The notes under the pieces were generated by a model. It saw only the letters and a program-made list of their open reading frames with translations, was not told the DNA's origin and made no database searches. Below, piece after piece: positions 7,824 through 17,344 of a stretch of 32,000 nucleotides of DNA (its first letter is position 1; each line of letters starts with the position of its first letter). The stretch spans positions 189,414 through 221,413 of the forward strand of contig CP116499.1 in NCBI GenBank assembly GCA_030849405.1. Direction: 5' to 3'. This DNA is from Candidatus Saccharimonadota bacterium. GTDB lineage: Bacteria > Pseudomonadota > Gammaproteobacteria > Enterobacterales > Enterobacteriaceae_A. Made by a program: the position numbers and the translations under genes.

Positions 7824-8819
7824 TTATATTTTAATTTTTAAACCTATTTTTTTAATAATTTTAAATAAATTTTTTTTTGCTATTTTTTTTGCTTTAATTG
7901 TTCCATAATAAATAATATCTTTTAAAAATTTTTTTTTTTCTCTAATATTATAATAATTTTCTTGTATTTTTCCTAAAAAATTAGCTATAATATTAGATGC
8001 TTCATTTTTAAAATCACTATAAATTTTATTGTTAAAATTATTTTTAAATTCATTTATTTTTATTCCTGTTAAACCTGATAAAATATTTAATATATTTAAT
8101 AAACCTAAATTATTATCATGTTTAATTTTATAACATTTTTTTGAATCAGTTTTAATTAATCTTATTTTTTTAAAAATGTCTTTTTTTTTTTCTAATAAAA
8201 AAATAATATTATTTAAATTCTTATCAGATTTTGACATTTTTTTATTTGTTTCTTGTAAAGACATAATTCGATTTCCGTTTTTAAATATACATGGTTTAGG
8301 TATATTAAATATATTACCATAAATATTATTAAATTTATTTGCAATATTTCTACATAATTCAATATGTTGTTTTTGATCTAATCCTATTGGAACATAAGAA
8401 GTATTATATAATAAAATATCAGATGCCATTAATATAGGATAAAATAATATTCCAGTATTAATATTTTTTGAAATTTTTTTTTTTTTTTTAAATTGTATCA
8501 TACGATTTAATTCTTTATAATTAGTATAACAATTTAATATCCAACTTAATTGTGTATGTTCATATATATTTGATTGTATAAATATAATACTTTTATTAGG
8601 ATTAATACCACAAGCTAAATATAATGATAATGTATCTAAAATATTATTATTTATATTAAAATTATTTTTATATGTAGTTATTGAATGTAAATCAACAATA
8701 CTAAAAAAACAATTATATTTTTTTTGCATTTTAACCCATTGTTTTATTACTCCAATATAATTTCCTATTGTTAATTTACCAGATGGTTGAATACCACTAA
8801 AAACAATTTTTTTTTCCAT
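7824..8819 (-). CDS. trpS: Tryptophan--tRNA ligase
   Basis: 331 aa. FSGIQPSGKLTIGNYIG (HIGH-region equivalent) and KMSKSD (KMSKS). Length and order match E. coli TrpRS. Confidence 0.94.
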   Translation of the reverse strand: MEKKIVFSGIQPSGKLTIGNYIGVIKQWVKMQKKYNCFFSIVDLHSITTYKNNFNINNNILDTLSLYLACGINPNKSIIFIQSNIYEHTQLSWILNCYTNYKELNRMIQFKKKKKISKNINTGILFYPILMASDILLYNTSYVPIGLDQKQHIELCRNIANKFNNIYGNIFNIPKPCIFKNGNRIMSLQETNKKMSKSDKNLNNIIFLLEKKKDIFKKIRLIKTDSKKCYKIKHDNNLGLLNILNILSGLTGIKINEFKNNFNNKIYSDFKNEASNIIANFLGKIQENYYNIREKKKFLKDIIYYGTIKAKKIAKKNLFKIIKKIGLKIKI

Positions 8820-8916
8820 ATTATTAATTTTTTAAAATATTTATAAAATTATTTATTTTAATTTAAATTTTTAAATTAAATTATTATTTTAAAAAAATTT
8901 TAATTATTATACAAAT

Positions 8917-9201
8917 TTATAACATTAAAAAATCAATATGCATAATTTTTAATTTAAATTGATGCCATTGAATATTTTGAACTTTAACTTTTAATTTTTT
9001 TTTATTAATATTTAAAATAATATATTTAATATAAAATTTTTTTTTAATTTCTATTTTTTTAATATAATCATGATTTAATTCTATATTTAAATTTTTTTTT
9101 TTTTTACCATAAATTACAGCTGGTATTTTTTTATTTAATCTTAAACGACGGTTTGATCCCTTTCCTGTTAATTTTCTAAATATAGCATTTATTTCAAACA
9201 T
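8917..9201 (-). CDS. rplY: 50S ribosomal protein L25
   Basis: 94 aa. MFEINAIFRKLTGKGSNRRLRLNKKIPAVIYG compared with E. coli [32 protein letters not shown]. Same length. Confidence 0.9.
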   Translation of the reverse strand: MFEINAIFRKLTGKGSNRRLRLNKKIPAVIYGKKKKNLNIELNHDYIKKIEIKKKFYIKYIILNINKKKLKVKVQNIQWHQFKLKIMHIDFLML

Positions 9202-9307
9202 AATTTGTTTTTTTCCAAAATATTTTAAATTTTTAATATTTATTTAAAATTATATATTTAATTATTATAAAATTTTATTTTATTAAAATCTAAATAAATT
9301 AATATTT

Positions 9308-10168
9308 TTACATATTAATTAATGCATTTATACGATCATTTAAAGTTGGATGCGAATTTAAAAGATTATTAAATAAATTTAATTTACTCCCATTTATATA
9401 AAATGCTATTAAATTTTTATTTATTAATGGTTTAGAACTAATTTTTAATCTATTTAATGCTGCAATCATATTTTTTTTACCTATAATTTTAGCAGCACCA
9501 GCATCAGCACGAAATTCTCTATAACGTGAAAAACTCATAACTATAATATTAGCAAAAAAACCTAAAATTATTTCTAAACTTGTAAAAATTGTAGATTGAA
9601 TATTTAATAAAAAATTACTTTTTTTATTATTTTGTTTTTTATTACATATTAAATCAGAAATAATTTGTGAAAAAAATAATATAAATGTATTCATTATACC
9701 TTGTAATAACCCCATAGTAACCATATCACCATTAGAAATATGACAAATTTCATGTGCAATTACTGCTTCTATTTCATTTTTTTTCATATATTTAAATACA
9801 CTATTACTTAAACCTATTAATGAATTATTAGAATTTGACCCCGTTGCGAAAGCATTTATATCATTTGATTTATATATAACTATCTCTGGTGTTTTTATAT
9901 TATTTAATTTTGAAATATTAATAATAGTTTTAATTAACCATTTTTCTTTTTCATTAATTGGATATTTAATTAATTTATAATTAATTGAATTTAATGTAAT
10001 TAATTTAGAAAATAATATTGATATAATTGAACCTGTAAATCCAAAAAAAGTCATTATTAATAAATAAATTATGTTATTATTATTTTGTAAACCAAATATT
10101 TTTAAAAAAATTCCAAAAATAACTACTACTAACAAATTTGTTAAAGTAAGTAATAAAATTCTTGTCAT
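9308..10168 (-). CDS. htpX: Membrane zinc metalloprotease HtpX
   Basis: 286 aa. LLLTLTNLLVVVIFG, DINAFATG, AVIAHEICHISNGDMVT (HExxH) and REFRADAGAAK, collinear with E. coli HtpX. An AAGGAA Shine-Dalgarno sequence lies 7 nt upstream. Confidence 0.93.
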   Translation of the reverse strand: MTRILLLTLTNLLVVVIFGIFLKIFGLQNNNNIIYLLIMTFFGFTGSIISILFSKLITLNSINYKLIKYPINEKEKWLIKTIINISKLNNIKTPEIVIYKSNDINAFATGSNSNNSLIGLSNSVFKYMKKNEIEAVIAHEICHISNGDMVTMGLLQGIMNTFILFFSQIISDLICNKKQNNKKSNFLLNIQSTIFTSLEIILGFFANIIVMSFSRYREFRADAGAAKIIGKKNMIAALNRLKISSKPLINKNLIAFYINGSKLNLFNNLLNSHPTLNDRINALINM

Positions 10169-10214
10169 TATATTTTCCTTTTTAAAATTAATTATTAATA
10201 TTAATTAAATATAT

Positions 10215-10242
10215 ATTTTAAATTTATTTTTAAAAATGTCAA
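10215..10242 (-). promoter_or_regulatory. Candidate sigma-70 promoter for htpX: TTGACA-N16-TAAAAT
   Basis: The minus strand reads TTGACA (10242..10237), a 16-nt spacer TTTTTAAAAATAAATT, then TAAAAT (10220..10215), about 45 nt upstream of the htpX ATG. Its first 19 nt are almost identical to the promoter at 3241-3268. Confidence 0.33.
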
Positions 10243-10290
10243 GTATTATATTAATTAAAAATATATTTTAATTATATATTTATATTATAC

Positions 10291-10319
10291 TTGTTATTTT
10301 AAAAATAATTTTATATAAA
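10291..10319 (+). promoter_or_regulatory. Candidate sigma-70 promoter for tRNA-Arg (and possibly cyo): TTGTTA-N17-TATAAA
   Basis: TTGTTA (10291-10296), spacer TTTTAAAAATAATTTTA, then TATAAA (10314-10319). The -10 ends 17 nt before the tRNA 5' end, the same geometry as at tRNA-Asn. The spacer begins with the same TTTTAAAAATAATT as the tRNA-Asn promoter. Both hexamers are imperfect, so confidence is low. Confidence 0.27.
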
Positions 10320-10336
10320 TTATTAAAATATTTTAT

Positions 10337-10410
10337 GCATCCTTAGCTCAGTTGGATAGAGCAACAGCCTTCTAAGTTGTAGGTCACAGGTTCAATTCCT
10401 GTAGGATGTA
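10337..10410 (+). tRNA. tRNA-Arg (anticodon UCU), 74 nt, CCA not encoded
   Basis: GCATCCT TA GCTC AGTTGGATA GAGC A ACAGC CTTCTAA GTTGT AGGTC ACAGG TTCAATT CCTGT AGGATGT A. It folds as a cloverleaf and resembles E. coli tRNA-Arg(UCU). It is followed by AAAT. Confidence 0.92.
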
Positions 10411-10505
10411 AAATATTTAAATTTATATTTTAAAAATTAAATAAAATTTATTTAAATTATATAATTTTCAATAAATCATATCTAATATTTTATTGGAACT
10501 AATAA

Positions 10506-11369
10506 ATGAAAATTAAGATAAATAATAACATATTATTATTAATATGTATTTTTTTTATAACACTTATACTTTTTTTTATAAGTATATCTCCAATATTTTT
10601 AATTAATCCTAAAGGTATTATAAGTATATTAGAAAAAAAACTTATTATTACATCAATAATGTTAATGTTAATTATTATTACACCAGTATTATTTATGACA
10701 ATTTTTTTTTTTAATAAATACAATTATAAAAAAACCAATAAATATAATCCAAATTGGTGTAATTCTAAAAAAATAGAATTTTTAATATGGATAATTCCAA
10801 TTATTATTATTTTTATACTTTCTTTAATAACATTAAAAACAACATATATTCTTGATCCTTATAAACCTATAATTAATTCAAATAAATCAATTGAAATTGA
10901 AGTAATATCTTTAGATTGGAAATGGTTATTCATTTATCCAAAAGAAAATTGTGCAACTATAAACGAAATTGCTTTTCCAAAAGATGTACCTATTAACTTT
11001 AAAATTACTTCAAATTCGGTTATGAATTCTTTTTTTATACCTAAACTTGGTAGTCAAATTTATGCAATGGCTGGAATGCAAAGTAAATTACATTTAATAA
11101 GTAATGAATCTGGTAATTATGAAGGTTTTTCTAGTAGTTTTAGTGGTAAAGGTTTTTCGAATATGAAATTTAATGTTATTGTAACTAAAAACAATGATGA
11201 ATTTTATAAATGGATTAATTTAATTAAAAAATCTAAAAATACTATATTAAATAATGAAGAATTTAATTATATAAATAAACAAAGTGAAAATAATCCTATA
11301 CAATATTTTTCTAAAATTAAAAATAACTTATTTAAAGAAATAATACTAAAATATATAAATAAAAATTAA
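10506..11369 (+). CDS. cyoA: Cytochrome bo3 ubiquinol oxidase subunit II
   Basis: 287 aa. NPKG...YNPNW..SKKIE..W.IP and IEVISLDWKWLFIYP...ATINEIAFP...FKITSNSVMNSFFIPKLGSQIYAMAGMQSKLHLI are collinear with E. coli CyoA. The E. coli C-terminal tail is absent. Ser sits at the position aligned to the lipobox Cys. Confidence 0.94.
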   Translation: MKIKINNNILLLICIFFITLILFFISISPIFLINPKGIISILEKKLIITSIMLMLIIITPVLFMTIFFFNKYNYKKTNKYNPNWCNSKKIEFLIWIIPIIIIFILSLITLKTTYILDPYKPIINSNKSIEIEVISLDWKWLFIYPKENCATINEIAFPKDVPINFKITSNSVMNSFFIPKLGSQIYAMAGMQSKLHLISNESGNYEGFSSSFSGKGFSNMKFNVIVTKNNDEFYKWINLIKKSKNTILNNEEFNYINKQSENNPIQYFSKIKNNLFKEIILKYINKN

Positions 11370-11417
11370 AAGTTGAAATAAATTTAAATTACATAATTTT
11401 ATAATAAGGAATAATTT

Positions 11418-13358
11418 ATGTTTGGAAAATTAACATTTGATGCAATTCCAATACATGAAACAATTATAATGTATACTTTAAGTATAGTATTTATATTATT
11501 TTTAATAATTATAATATTTATTACATATTTTAAAAAATGGAAATGGTTATGGAATAAATATTTAACATCATTAGATCATAAAAAAATTGGTATTATGTAT
11601 ATTATAATGGCTATTATTATGTTTATTAGAGGTTTTGCAGATGCTTTAATGATGAGAAGTCAACAAGTTATAGTTTCATCAGGTAAAATAGGTTTTTTAT
11701 CATCAAATCATTATAATCAAATTTTTACAGCTCATGGTGTAATTATGATTTTTTTTATGGCTATGCCATTTATAATTGGTTTTATGAATTTAATTATTCC
11801 TTTACAAATAGGTGCTAGAGATATTGCATTTCCTTTTTTAAATTCTTTAAGTTTTTGGTTATTTTTTAGTAGTTCATTATTAATTAATATATCTCTTGGA
11901 TTAGGTGAATTTGCTAAAACAGGTTGGTTAGCATATCCTCCATTATCAAATAATGAATATAGTCCTGGTGTTGGTGTTGATTATTGGATTTGGAGTTTGC
12001 AAATATCTGGTATATCAACATTATTAACAGGTATAAATTTTATAGTTACTATATTAAAAATGAGAGCACCAGGAATGTCTTTAATGAAAATGCCTATTTT
12101 TACTTGGACATCATTATGTAGTAATATATTAATTATATTTTCATTTCCAATTCTTACAGTTACTATTGCTTTATTAACATTTGATAGATATTTAGGAACA
12201 CATTTTTTTACTAATAATATGGGTGGAAATATTATGATGTATATAAATTTAATTTGGGCATGGGGACATCCTGAAGTATATATATTAATGTTACCTGCCT
12301 TTGGTATTTTTTCTGAAATAACAGCTACTTTTTCACAAAAAAAATTATTTGGTTATAAATCTTTAGTTTTTGCAACTATTGTAATTACAATATTATCATT
12401 TATAGTTTGGTTACATCACTTTTTTACTATGGGTTCAGGTGCAAATATTAATTCTTTTTTTGGAATAACAACAATGATAATATCTATACCAACAGGAGTT
12501 AAAATATTTAATTGGCTTTTTACAATGTATAAAGGAAAAATTAAATATAGTTCTATTATGTTATGGACAATTGGTTTTATAATTTCCTTTTCTATTGGTG
12601 GAATGAGTGGTGTTTTATTATCTGTTCCAGGTATAAATTTTTATCTTCATAATAGTTTATTTTTAATTGCTCATTTTCATAATGTTATTATTGGTGGTGT
12701 TGTTTTTGGATGTTTTGCTGGTATTACATATTGGTTTCCTAAATTTTTTGGTTTTAAATTAAATGAAAAATGGGGAATTAGAGCTTTTTGGTGTTGGTTT
12801 TTAGGATTTTTAATTGCCTTTTTACCTTTATATGCTTTAGGTTTAATGGGTATGACACGTAGATTAAGTCAAAATATAAATTCAAATTTTCATTTACTTT
12901 TAGTTGTTTCAGCTATAGGAGTTTTAATAATTTTAATAGGTATTTTTTGTCAATTTATGCAATTCTATATAAGTATTTATAATAAAAAATATAATCTTAA
13001 TAATATTCGAGATCCTTGGAATGGACGAACATTAGAATGGTTTACTTCTTCTCCACCTAAAATTTATAATTTTGCTGTTATTCCTAAAGTTTTAAATATT
13101 GATGCATTTTGGGATATTAAAAAAAAAAAAAATAAATTAAATATAATTAAAGAAATTAAAATTCCTAAAAATACATATATTGGTTTTTTAATTGGAATAT
13201 TTAGTTTTATATTTGGTTTTTCAATGGTTTGGCATATTTGGTGGTTATCAATAATAAATTTATTTTTTATTATTATTACATTAATAATTAAAAGTTTTAA
13301 TATAACAGATTATTATAATATATCTATAGAAAAAATAAAAAAATATGAAGAAATTTAA
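11418..13358 (+). CDS. cyoB: Cytochrome bo3 ubiquinol oxidase subunit I
   Basis: 646 aa. [39 protein letters not shown] and [10 protein letters not shown], so the heme/CuB histidine ligand motifs are all present. Confidence 0.97.
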   Translation: MFGKLTFDAIPIHETIIMYTLSIVFILFLIIIIFITYFKKWKWLWNKYLTSLDHKKIGIMYIIMAIIMFIRGFADALMMRSQQVIVSSGKIGFLSSNHYNQIFTAHGVIMIFFMAMPFIIGFMNLIIPLQIGARDIAFPFLNSLSFWLFFSSSLLINISLGLGEFAKTGWLAYPPLSNNEYSPGVGVDYWIWSLQISGISTLLTGINFIVTILKMRAPGMSLMKMPIFTWTSLCSNILIIFSFPILTVTIALLTFDRYLGTHFFTNNMGGNIMMYINLIWAWGHPEVYILMLPAFGIFSEITATFSQKKLFGYKSLVFATIVITILSFIVWLHHFFTMGSGANINSFFGITTMIISIPTGVKIFNWLFTMYKGKIKYSSIMLWTIGFIISFSIGGMSGVLLSVPGINFYLHNSLFLIAHFHNVIIGGVVFGCFAGITYWFPKFFGFKLNEKWGIRAFWCWFLGFLIAFLPLYALGLMGMTRRLSQNINSNFHLLLVVSAIGVLIILIGIFCQFMQFYISIYNKKYNLNNIRDPWNGRTLEWFTSSPPKIYNFAVIPKVLNIDAFWDIKKKKNKLNIIKEIKIPKNTYIGFLIGIFSFIFGFSMVWHIWWLSIINLFFIIITLIIKSFNITDYYNISIEKIKKYEEI

Positions 13359-13370
13359 AAGGACAAAAAT

Positions 13371-13991
13371 ATGATTAAAAATATTATTATTAAAAAAACA
13401 TTTTTAGAAAATAAATATAAAAATATAAATGATAAAATTATTTTAGGATTTTGGATTTATATTATTAGTGATTGTATTTTATTTGCTAGTTTATTTTCAG
13501 TTTATATAGTTTTAATGAATAATAAATTGGAATATTTATTAATTGAAAATATATTTAATTTTAAAAAAATATTTATAGAAACATTAACTTTACTTTTAAG
13601 TGCTTTAACTTATGGTTTAGCAATGTCTAAAATTGAATTTAATAGTATTAATAATATTAAAAATATGATTAAATGGTTATTTATTACTTTTTTATTAGGT
13701 TTTTTTTTTTTAATTATAGAATTTAATGAATTAGTTAATTTAATTAAAAATAATTTAGGACCAAATTATAATGCTTATATGTCTAGTTTTTTTTCTATTT
13801 TAGTTACTCATGGATTACATGTTTTTTTTGGCTTAATATGGATTTTAATTATTATTATTCAAATAAATAAATATGGTTTAACTTTAATTAACAAAACTCG
13901 TTTAATTTGTTTAAGTTTATTTTGGCACTTTCTTGATATTATATGGATCTGTGTATTTACTATTATTTATTTTTTAAGTTATATAAAATGA
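13371..13991 (+). CDS. cyoC: Cytochrome bo3 ubiquinol oxidase subunit III
   Basis: 206 aa with the multi-pass membrane profile and the C-terminal FWHFLDIIWI motif typical of CyoC/CoxIII. It ends with TGA (13989-13991), overlapping the cyoD ATG. Confidence 0.92.
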   Translation: MIKNIIIKKTFLENKYKNINDKIILGFWIYIISDCILFASLFSVYIVLMNNKLEYLLIENIFNFKKIFIETLTLLLSALTYGLAMSKIEFNSINNIKNMIKWLFITFLLGFFFLIIEFNELVNLIKNNLGPNYNAYMSSFFSILVTHGLHVFFGLIWILIIIIQINKYGLTLINKTRLICLSLFWHFLDIIWICVFTIIYFLSYIK

Positions 13992-14326
13992 TTAAATTAA
14001 CTAATAATAAAAATTATAAAAAATATAAATTTTATTCAATTAAAAATTATTATTTTGGTTTTATTTTATCTTTAATATGTACAATTATTCCATTTATATT
14101 AATAAAATCTAAATTTTTTAATAAAACTATTAAAACATTTTTAATTATTATAATGTCAATTTTACAAATAATTATACATTTTAAATTTTTTTTACATATA
14201 AATAATTCAAATCAAGAAAAAATTAATTTAATTACATTAATTTTTACAATAATTATAATTTTAATACTTGTAGTAGGTTCAACATTTATAATGTTTAATT
14301 TAAATAAAAATATGTTATTAATGTAA
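13988..14326 (+). CDS. cyoD: Cytochrome bo3 ubiquinol oxidase subunit IV
   Basis: I place the start at the internal ATG at 13988 (MIKLTNNK..., 112 aa) rather than the track's 13943. This gives E. coli-like length (109 aa) and alignment (YYFGFILSLICTIIPF vs YMTGFILSIILTVIPF; ILVVGSTFIMFNLN vs ILVVGSIWIMWNLN). It also forms an ATGA overlap with the cyoC stop. Confidence 0.88.
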   Translation: MIKLTNNKNYKKYKFYSIKNYYFGFILSLICTIIPFILIKSKFFNKTIKTFLIIIMSILQIIIHFKFFLHINNSNQEKINLITLIFTIIIILILVVGSTFIMFNLNKNMLLM

Positions 14327-14355
14327 ATATTTTAATAATTAATTAATAATTTAAA

Positions 14356-15645
14356 ATGAATTTCTTAAAAAATATGAAATATTTTAATATAATAAATAAA
14401 CTTAAAAAAAGATTTTTAATTAATCAAATTACAGAAATTAAAGAACTTACAAAATTGTTATCAAAAAAAAAAATATCATTATATTGTGGTTTTGATCCCA
14501 CATCTGATAGTTTACATGTTGGTCACTTAATACCACTTATATTATTAAAAAAATTTCAATTATTTGGTCATAAACCCATAATATTAATAGGGGGAGCTAC
14601 TAGTTTAATAGGTGATCCAAGTTTTAAAAAAAAAGAGCGTAAATTAAATAAATTAAAACATATCACCTATTGGACACAAAAAATAAAAAAACAAATAGAA
14701 AAAATTTTAGATTTTAATTGTTTTTCAAATAATGCTATATTAGTAAATAATTACAATTGGTTTAAAAATATGAATATTTTAAGTTTTTTAAAAAATATAG
14801 GTAAATTTTTTAAAATTAATAAAATGATAAATAAAGAATTTATTAAAAAACGTTTAAATTGTAAAAATAGTATATCTTTTACAGAATTTTCATATAATAT
14901 TTTACAAAGTTTTGATTTTTTAAAATTATATAAAAAATATAAAGTATGTTTACAAATTGGAGGTTCAGATCAATGGGGTAATATTATTTCAGGTATTGAT
15001 TTAGTTAATTATATTTGTAAAAAAAAAGTATATGGTATAACTTTACCATTGATTACTAATTCTAATGGTATTAAATTTGGTAAAACAGAAAATGAAACAA
15101 TTTGGTTATCTAAAAAAAAAACTAGTCCATATAAATTTTATCAATTTTGGTTAAATGTAAGTGATAATAATGTTTACAAATTTTTAAAAATGTTTACTTT
15201 TATAAGTTTAAAAAAAATTGATGATTTAGAAAAAAAAGAAAAAAATCAAATTTCAAAACCAAAAGCACAAATCATTTTAGCTAAAGAAATTACATTTATG
15301 ATTCATGGTAAAAAAGAATTAAATAATGTTGAAAATATTACAAAATGTTTATTTACTGGAATGTTTAATAATATGACTAAATTTAATTTTTTACAATTAG
15401 AAAAAGATGGTATGCCTAAAATATTTTTAAAAAAAAAAACTAGTTTTATAAAATCTATTATTAATGCAAATTTTTGTTCTTCTTATACTTCAGCATATAA
15501 TATGATAAAATCAAATTCTATTAGTATAAATAATAAAAAACAATTAAATTATAAATATATTTATAAGAATAGTGATATTTTATATAATCGTTATACTATA
15601 ATTAAAAAAGGAAAAAAAAATTTTTGTTTAATAGTATGGAAATAA
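14356..15645 (+). CDS. tyrS: Tyrosine--tRNA ligase
   Basis: 429 aa. YCGFDPTSDSLHVGHLIPL (HIGH), GGSDQWGNI and KFGKTE (KMSKS equivalent), with a C-terminal S4-like region. Confidence 0.94.
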   Translation: MNFLKNMKYFNIINKLKKRFLINQITEIKELTKLLSKKKISLYCGFDPTSDSLHVGHLIPLILLKKFQLFGHKPIILIGGATSLIGDPSFKKKERKLNKLKHITYWTQKIKKQIEKILDFNCFSNNAILVNNYNWFKNMNILSFLKNIGKFFKINKMINKEFIKKRLNCKNSISFTEFSYNILQSFDFLKLYKKYKVCLQIGGSDQWGNIISGIDLVNYICKKKVYGITLPLITNSNGIKFGKTENETIWLSKKKTSPYKFYQFWLNVSDNNVYKFLKMFTFISLKKIDDLEKKEKNQISKPKAQIILAKEITFMIHGKKELNNVENITKCLFTGMFNNMTKFNFLQLEKDGMPKIFLKKKTSFIKSIINANFCSSYTSAYNMIKSNSISINNKKQLNYKYIYKNSDILYNRYTIIKKGKKNFCLIVWK

Positions 15646-15649
15646 TTAT

Positions 15650-17251
15650 TTAAATATGTTTAAATAATTTAATAAATTTTTTAATTTTATGTCCCAATAA
15701 AGGTTTTTTAATTCCTAACCAAGTTAATTTAATATTTAAAAAAAATTCATTTTTTAAAATAAAATTAGGTAATATAGGTTTTAAATATGTAATTATAATT
15801 TTAAATAAATTTATTCCTATAGAACAAATTTTATGTAATTTATTATATTTTTTTTTTTTAAGTAAAAACCATGGTTTTCTAATATTAATATAAAAATTAG
15901 CTAAATCAATTAATTTCATAATTAAATTTGTTACATAATTAAATTTTATATTTAAAAAAAATTTAGATATTTTTTTTGATTCTTGTATAAAAATTTTATA
16001 AATTTTAGAATTTCTAAATAATTTTGATAATTTATTATTATAATAATTATTAATAAAAAATGAATTTCTAGAAATAAAATTTGCTAATTTATTAACAAGA
16101 TCATTATTTATTTTTTTTAAAAAATCTTTAATATTAAAATTAATATCATTTATAGAATTAGATAATTTATTTGCATAATAGTAACGTAAAAAATCAGTAT
16201 TATATTTTATAAAATAAGATTTAGCTTTAATATAAATTTTTTTTGATTTTGACATTTTATTATTATTTATTGTAATATATCCATGTATAAATAGCTTTGT
16301 TGGTTTTCTTAATTTACTTCCTTCTAAAATAGATGACCAAAATAAACTATGAAAATAAACAATATCTTTACCAATAAAATGATATAATTTAATTTTTGAT
16401 TTTTTATACCAAAATTTATCAAAATTTTTTATTTTATTATAATTACATAATTTTTTAAAAGTACTTATATAACCAATTAACGCATCAAACCAAACATAAA
16501 AAAATTTGTTTTTAATATTTTTAATTTTAAAACCAAAATATGGTTTATTTCTTGAAATATTCCAAGATTTAATACCTTGTTTAAACCATTCTAATAATTT
16601 ATTTAATATTTGTTTGTTTATTATTCCAGACTTTATCCATTTATTTATTTTTTTTTTAAATAAAGATAAATTTAAAAAAAAATGTTTTGTTTTTTTAATT
16701 ATTGGTTTTAAATTAGTTAATGTTGATTTTGGTTTAATTAAATCTGTAGATTTATAAAATGCTCCACAAATTTCACAATTATCTCCATATTGATTTTTAG
16801 AATAACATTTAGGACATTTTCCTTTAATAAAACGATCTGATAAAAAAATTTTTGCTTTTTTATCATATAATTGTGTACATTTTTTTTTTTTTATATATCC
16901 ATTATGTTTAAGACGATCAAATAAAATATTTAATAATAATCTATTTTCTTTATTATGAGTATAAAAATATTTATCATATATAATATTAAATTTTTTAAAA
17001 TCTAATATATGTCTTTTGTATATTTTTAAAATTATATTTTCTGGTTTTTTTTTTTTTTCTTTTGATTTTAACATTATTGCTGTTCCATGATTATCATCAG
17101 AACATATAAAATATACTTTTTTACCAATTAATTTATTATAACGTACCCATATATCAGCTTGAATATGTTCTAATAAATGACCAATATGAATAGAACCATT
17201 TGAATATGGAAATGCACATGTTACTATTATTTTTTTTTTTTTTTTAATCAT
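15650..17251 (-). CDS. metG: Methionine--tRNA ligase, lacking the C-terminal dimerisation/tRNA-binding appendix
   Basis: 533 aa. VTCAFPYSNGSIHIGHLLEHIQADIWVRY (HIGH), zinc knuckle CPKCYSKNQYGDNCEICG and KMSKSK. It is about 140 aa shorter than E. coli MetRS (677 aa) and ends after the anticodon-binding domain. Confidence 0.94.
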   Translation of the reverse strand: MIKKKKKIIVTCAFPYSNGSIHIGHLLEHIQADIWVRYNKLIGKKVYFICSDDNHGTAIMLKSKEKKKKPENIILKIYKRHILDFKKFNIIYDKYFYTHNKENRLLLNILFDRLKHNGYIKKKKCTQLYDKKAKIFLSDRFIKGKCPKCYSKNQYGDNCEICGAFYKSTDLIKPKSTLTNLKPIIKKTKHFFLNLSLFKKKINKWIKSGIINKQILNKLLEWFKQGIKSWNISRNKPYFGFKIKNIKNKFFYVWFDALIGYISTFKKLCNYNKIKNFDKFWYKKSKIKLYHFIGKDIVYFHSLFWSSILEGSKLRKPTKLFIHGYITINNNKMSKSKKIYIKAKSYFIKYNTDFLRYYYANKLSNSINDINFNIKDFLKKINNDLVNKLANFISRNSFFINNYYNNKLSKLFRNSKIYKIFIQESKKISKFFLNIKFNYVTNLIMKLIDLANFYINIRKPWFLLKKKKYNKLHKICSIGINLFKIIITYLKPILPNFILKNEFFLNIKLTWLGIKKPLLGHKIKKFIKLFKHI

Positions 17252-17344
17252 TTTTTTAAAAAAATAAAAATTATTTAAAAAATTAAATATAATTAATAAA
17301 ATTAAATATTATTTTAAATACTAAATAACTTTGTTTAAAACAAA

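Noticed and set aside
10499-10723. 74-aa minus-strand ORF overlapping the cyoA 5' end
   Set aside because: It is antisense to a well-supported conserved gene. The product is an Ile/Asn/Lys-rich low-complexity string with no recognisable motif and no ribosome-binding site. It is most likely a chance ORF.
13943-13987. Longer cyoD start (track ORF begins at 13943, overlapping cyoC by 49 nt)
   Set aside because: The extra 15 residues have no counterpart in CyoD. The internal ATG at 13988 gives the expected length and an ATGA stop/start overlap with cyoC.
13989-13991. Possibility of an alternative genetic code (UGA read as Trp, as in some tiny AT-rich symbiont genomes)
   Set aside because: TGA terminates cyoC exactly at the homologous C-terminus. 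Conserved Trp positions (for example in cyoB, cyoA and trpB) use TGG. All genes are full length under the standard code.
16506-16757. 83-aa plus-strand ORF inside metG
   Set aside because: It is antisense to conserved MetRS sequence, with no motif and composition-driven content. Treated as spurious.
17330-17344. TTTGTTT-A-AAACAAA palindrome immediately before the sppA ATG
   Set aside because: It is too short and too AT-rich to separate from chance. I kept it only as a note for anyone mapping regulators.
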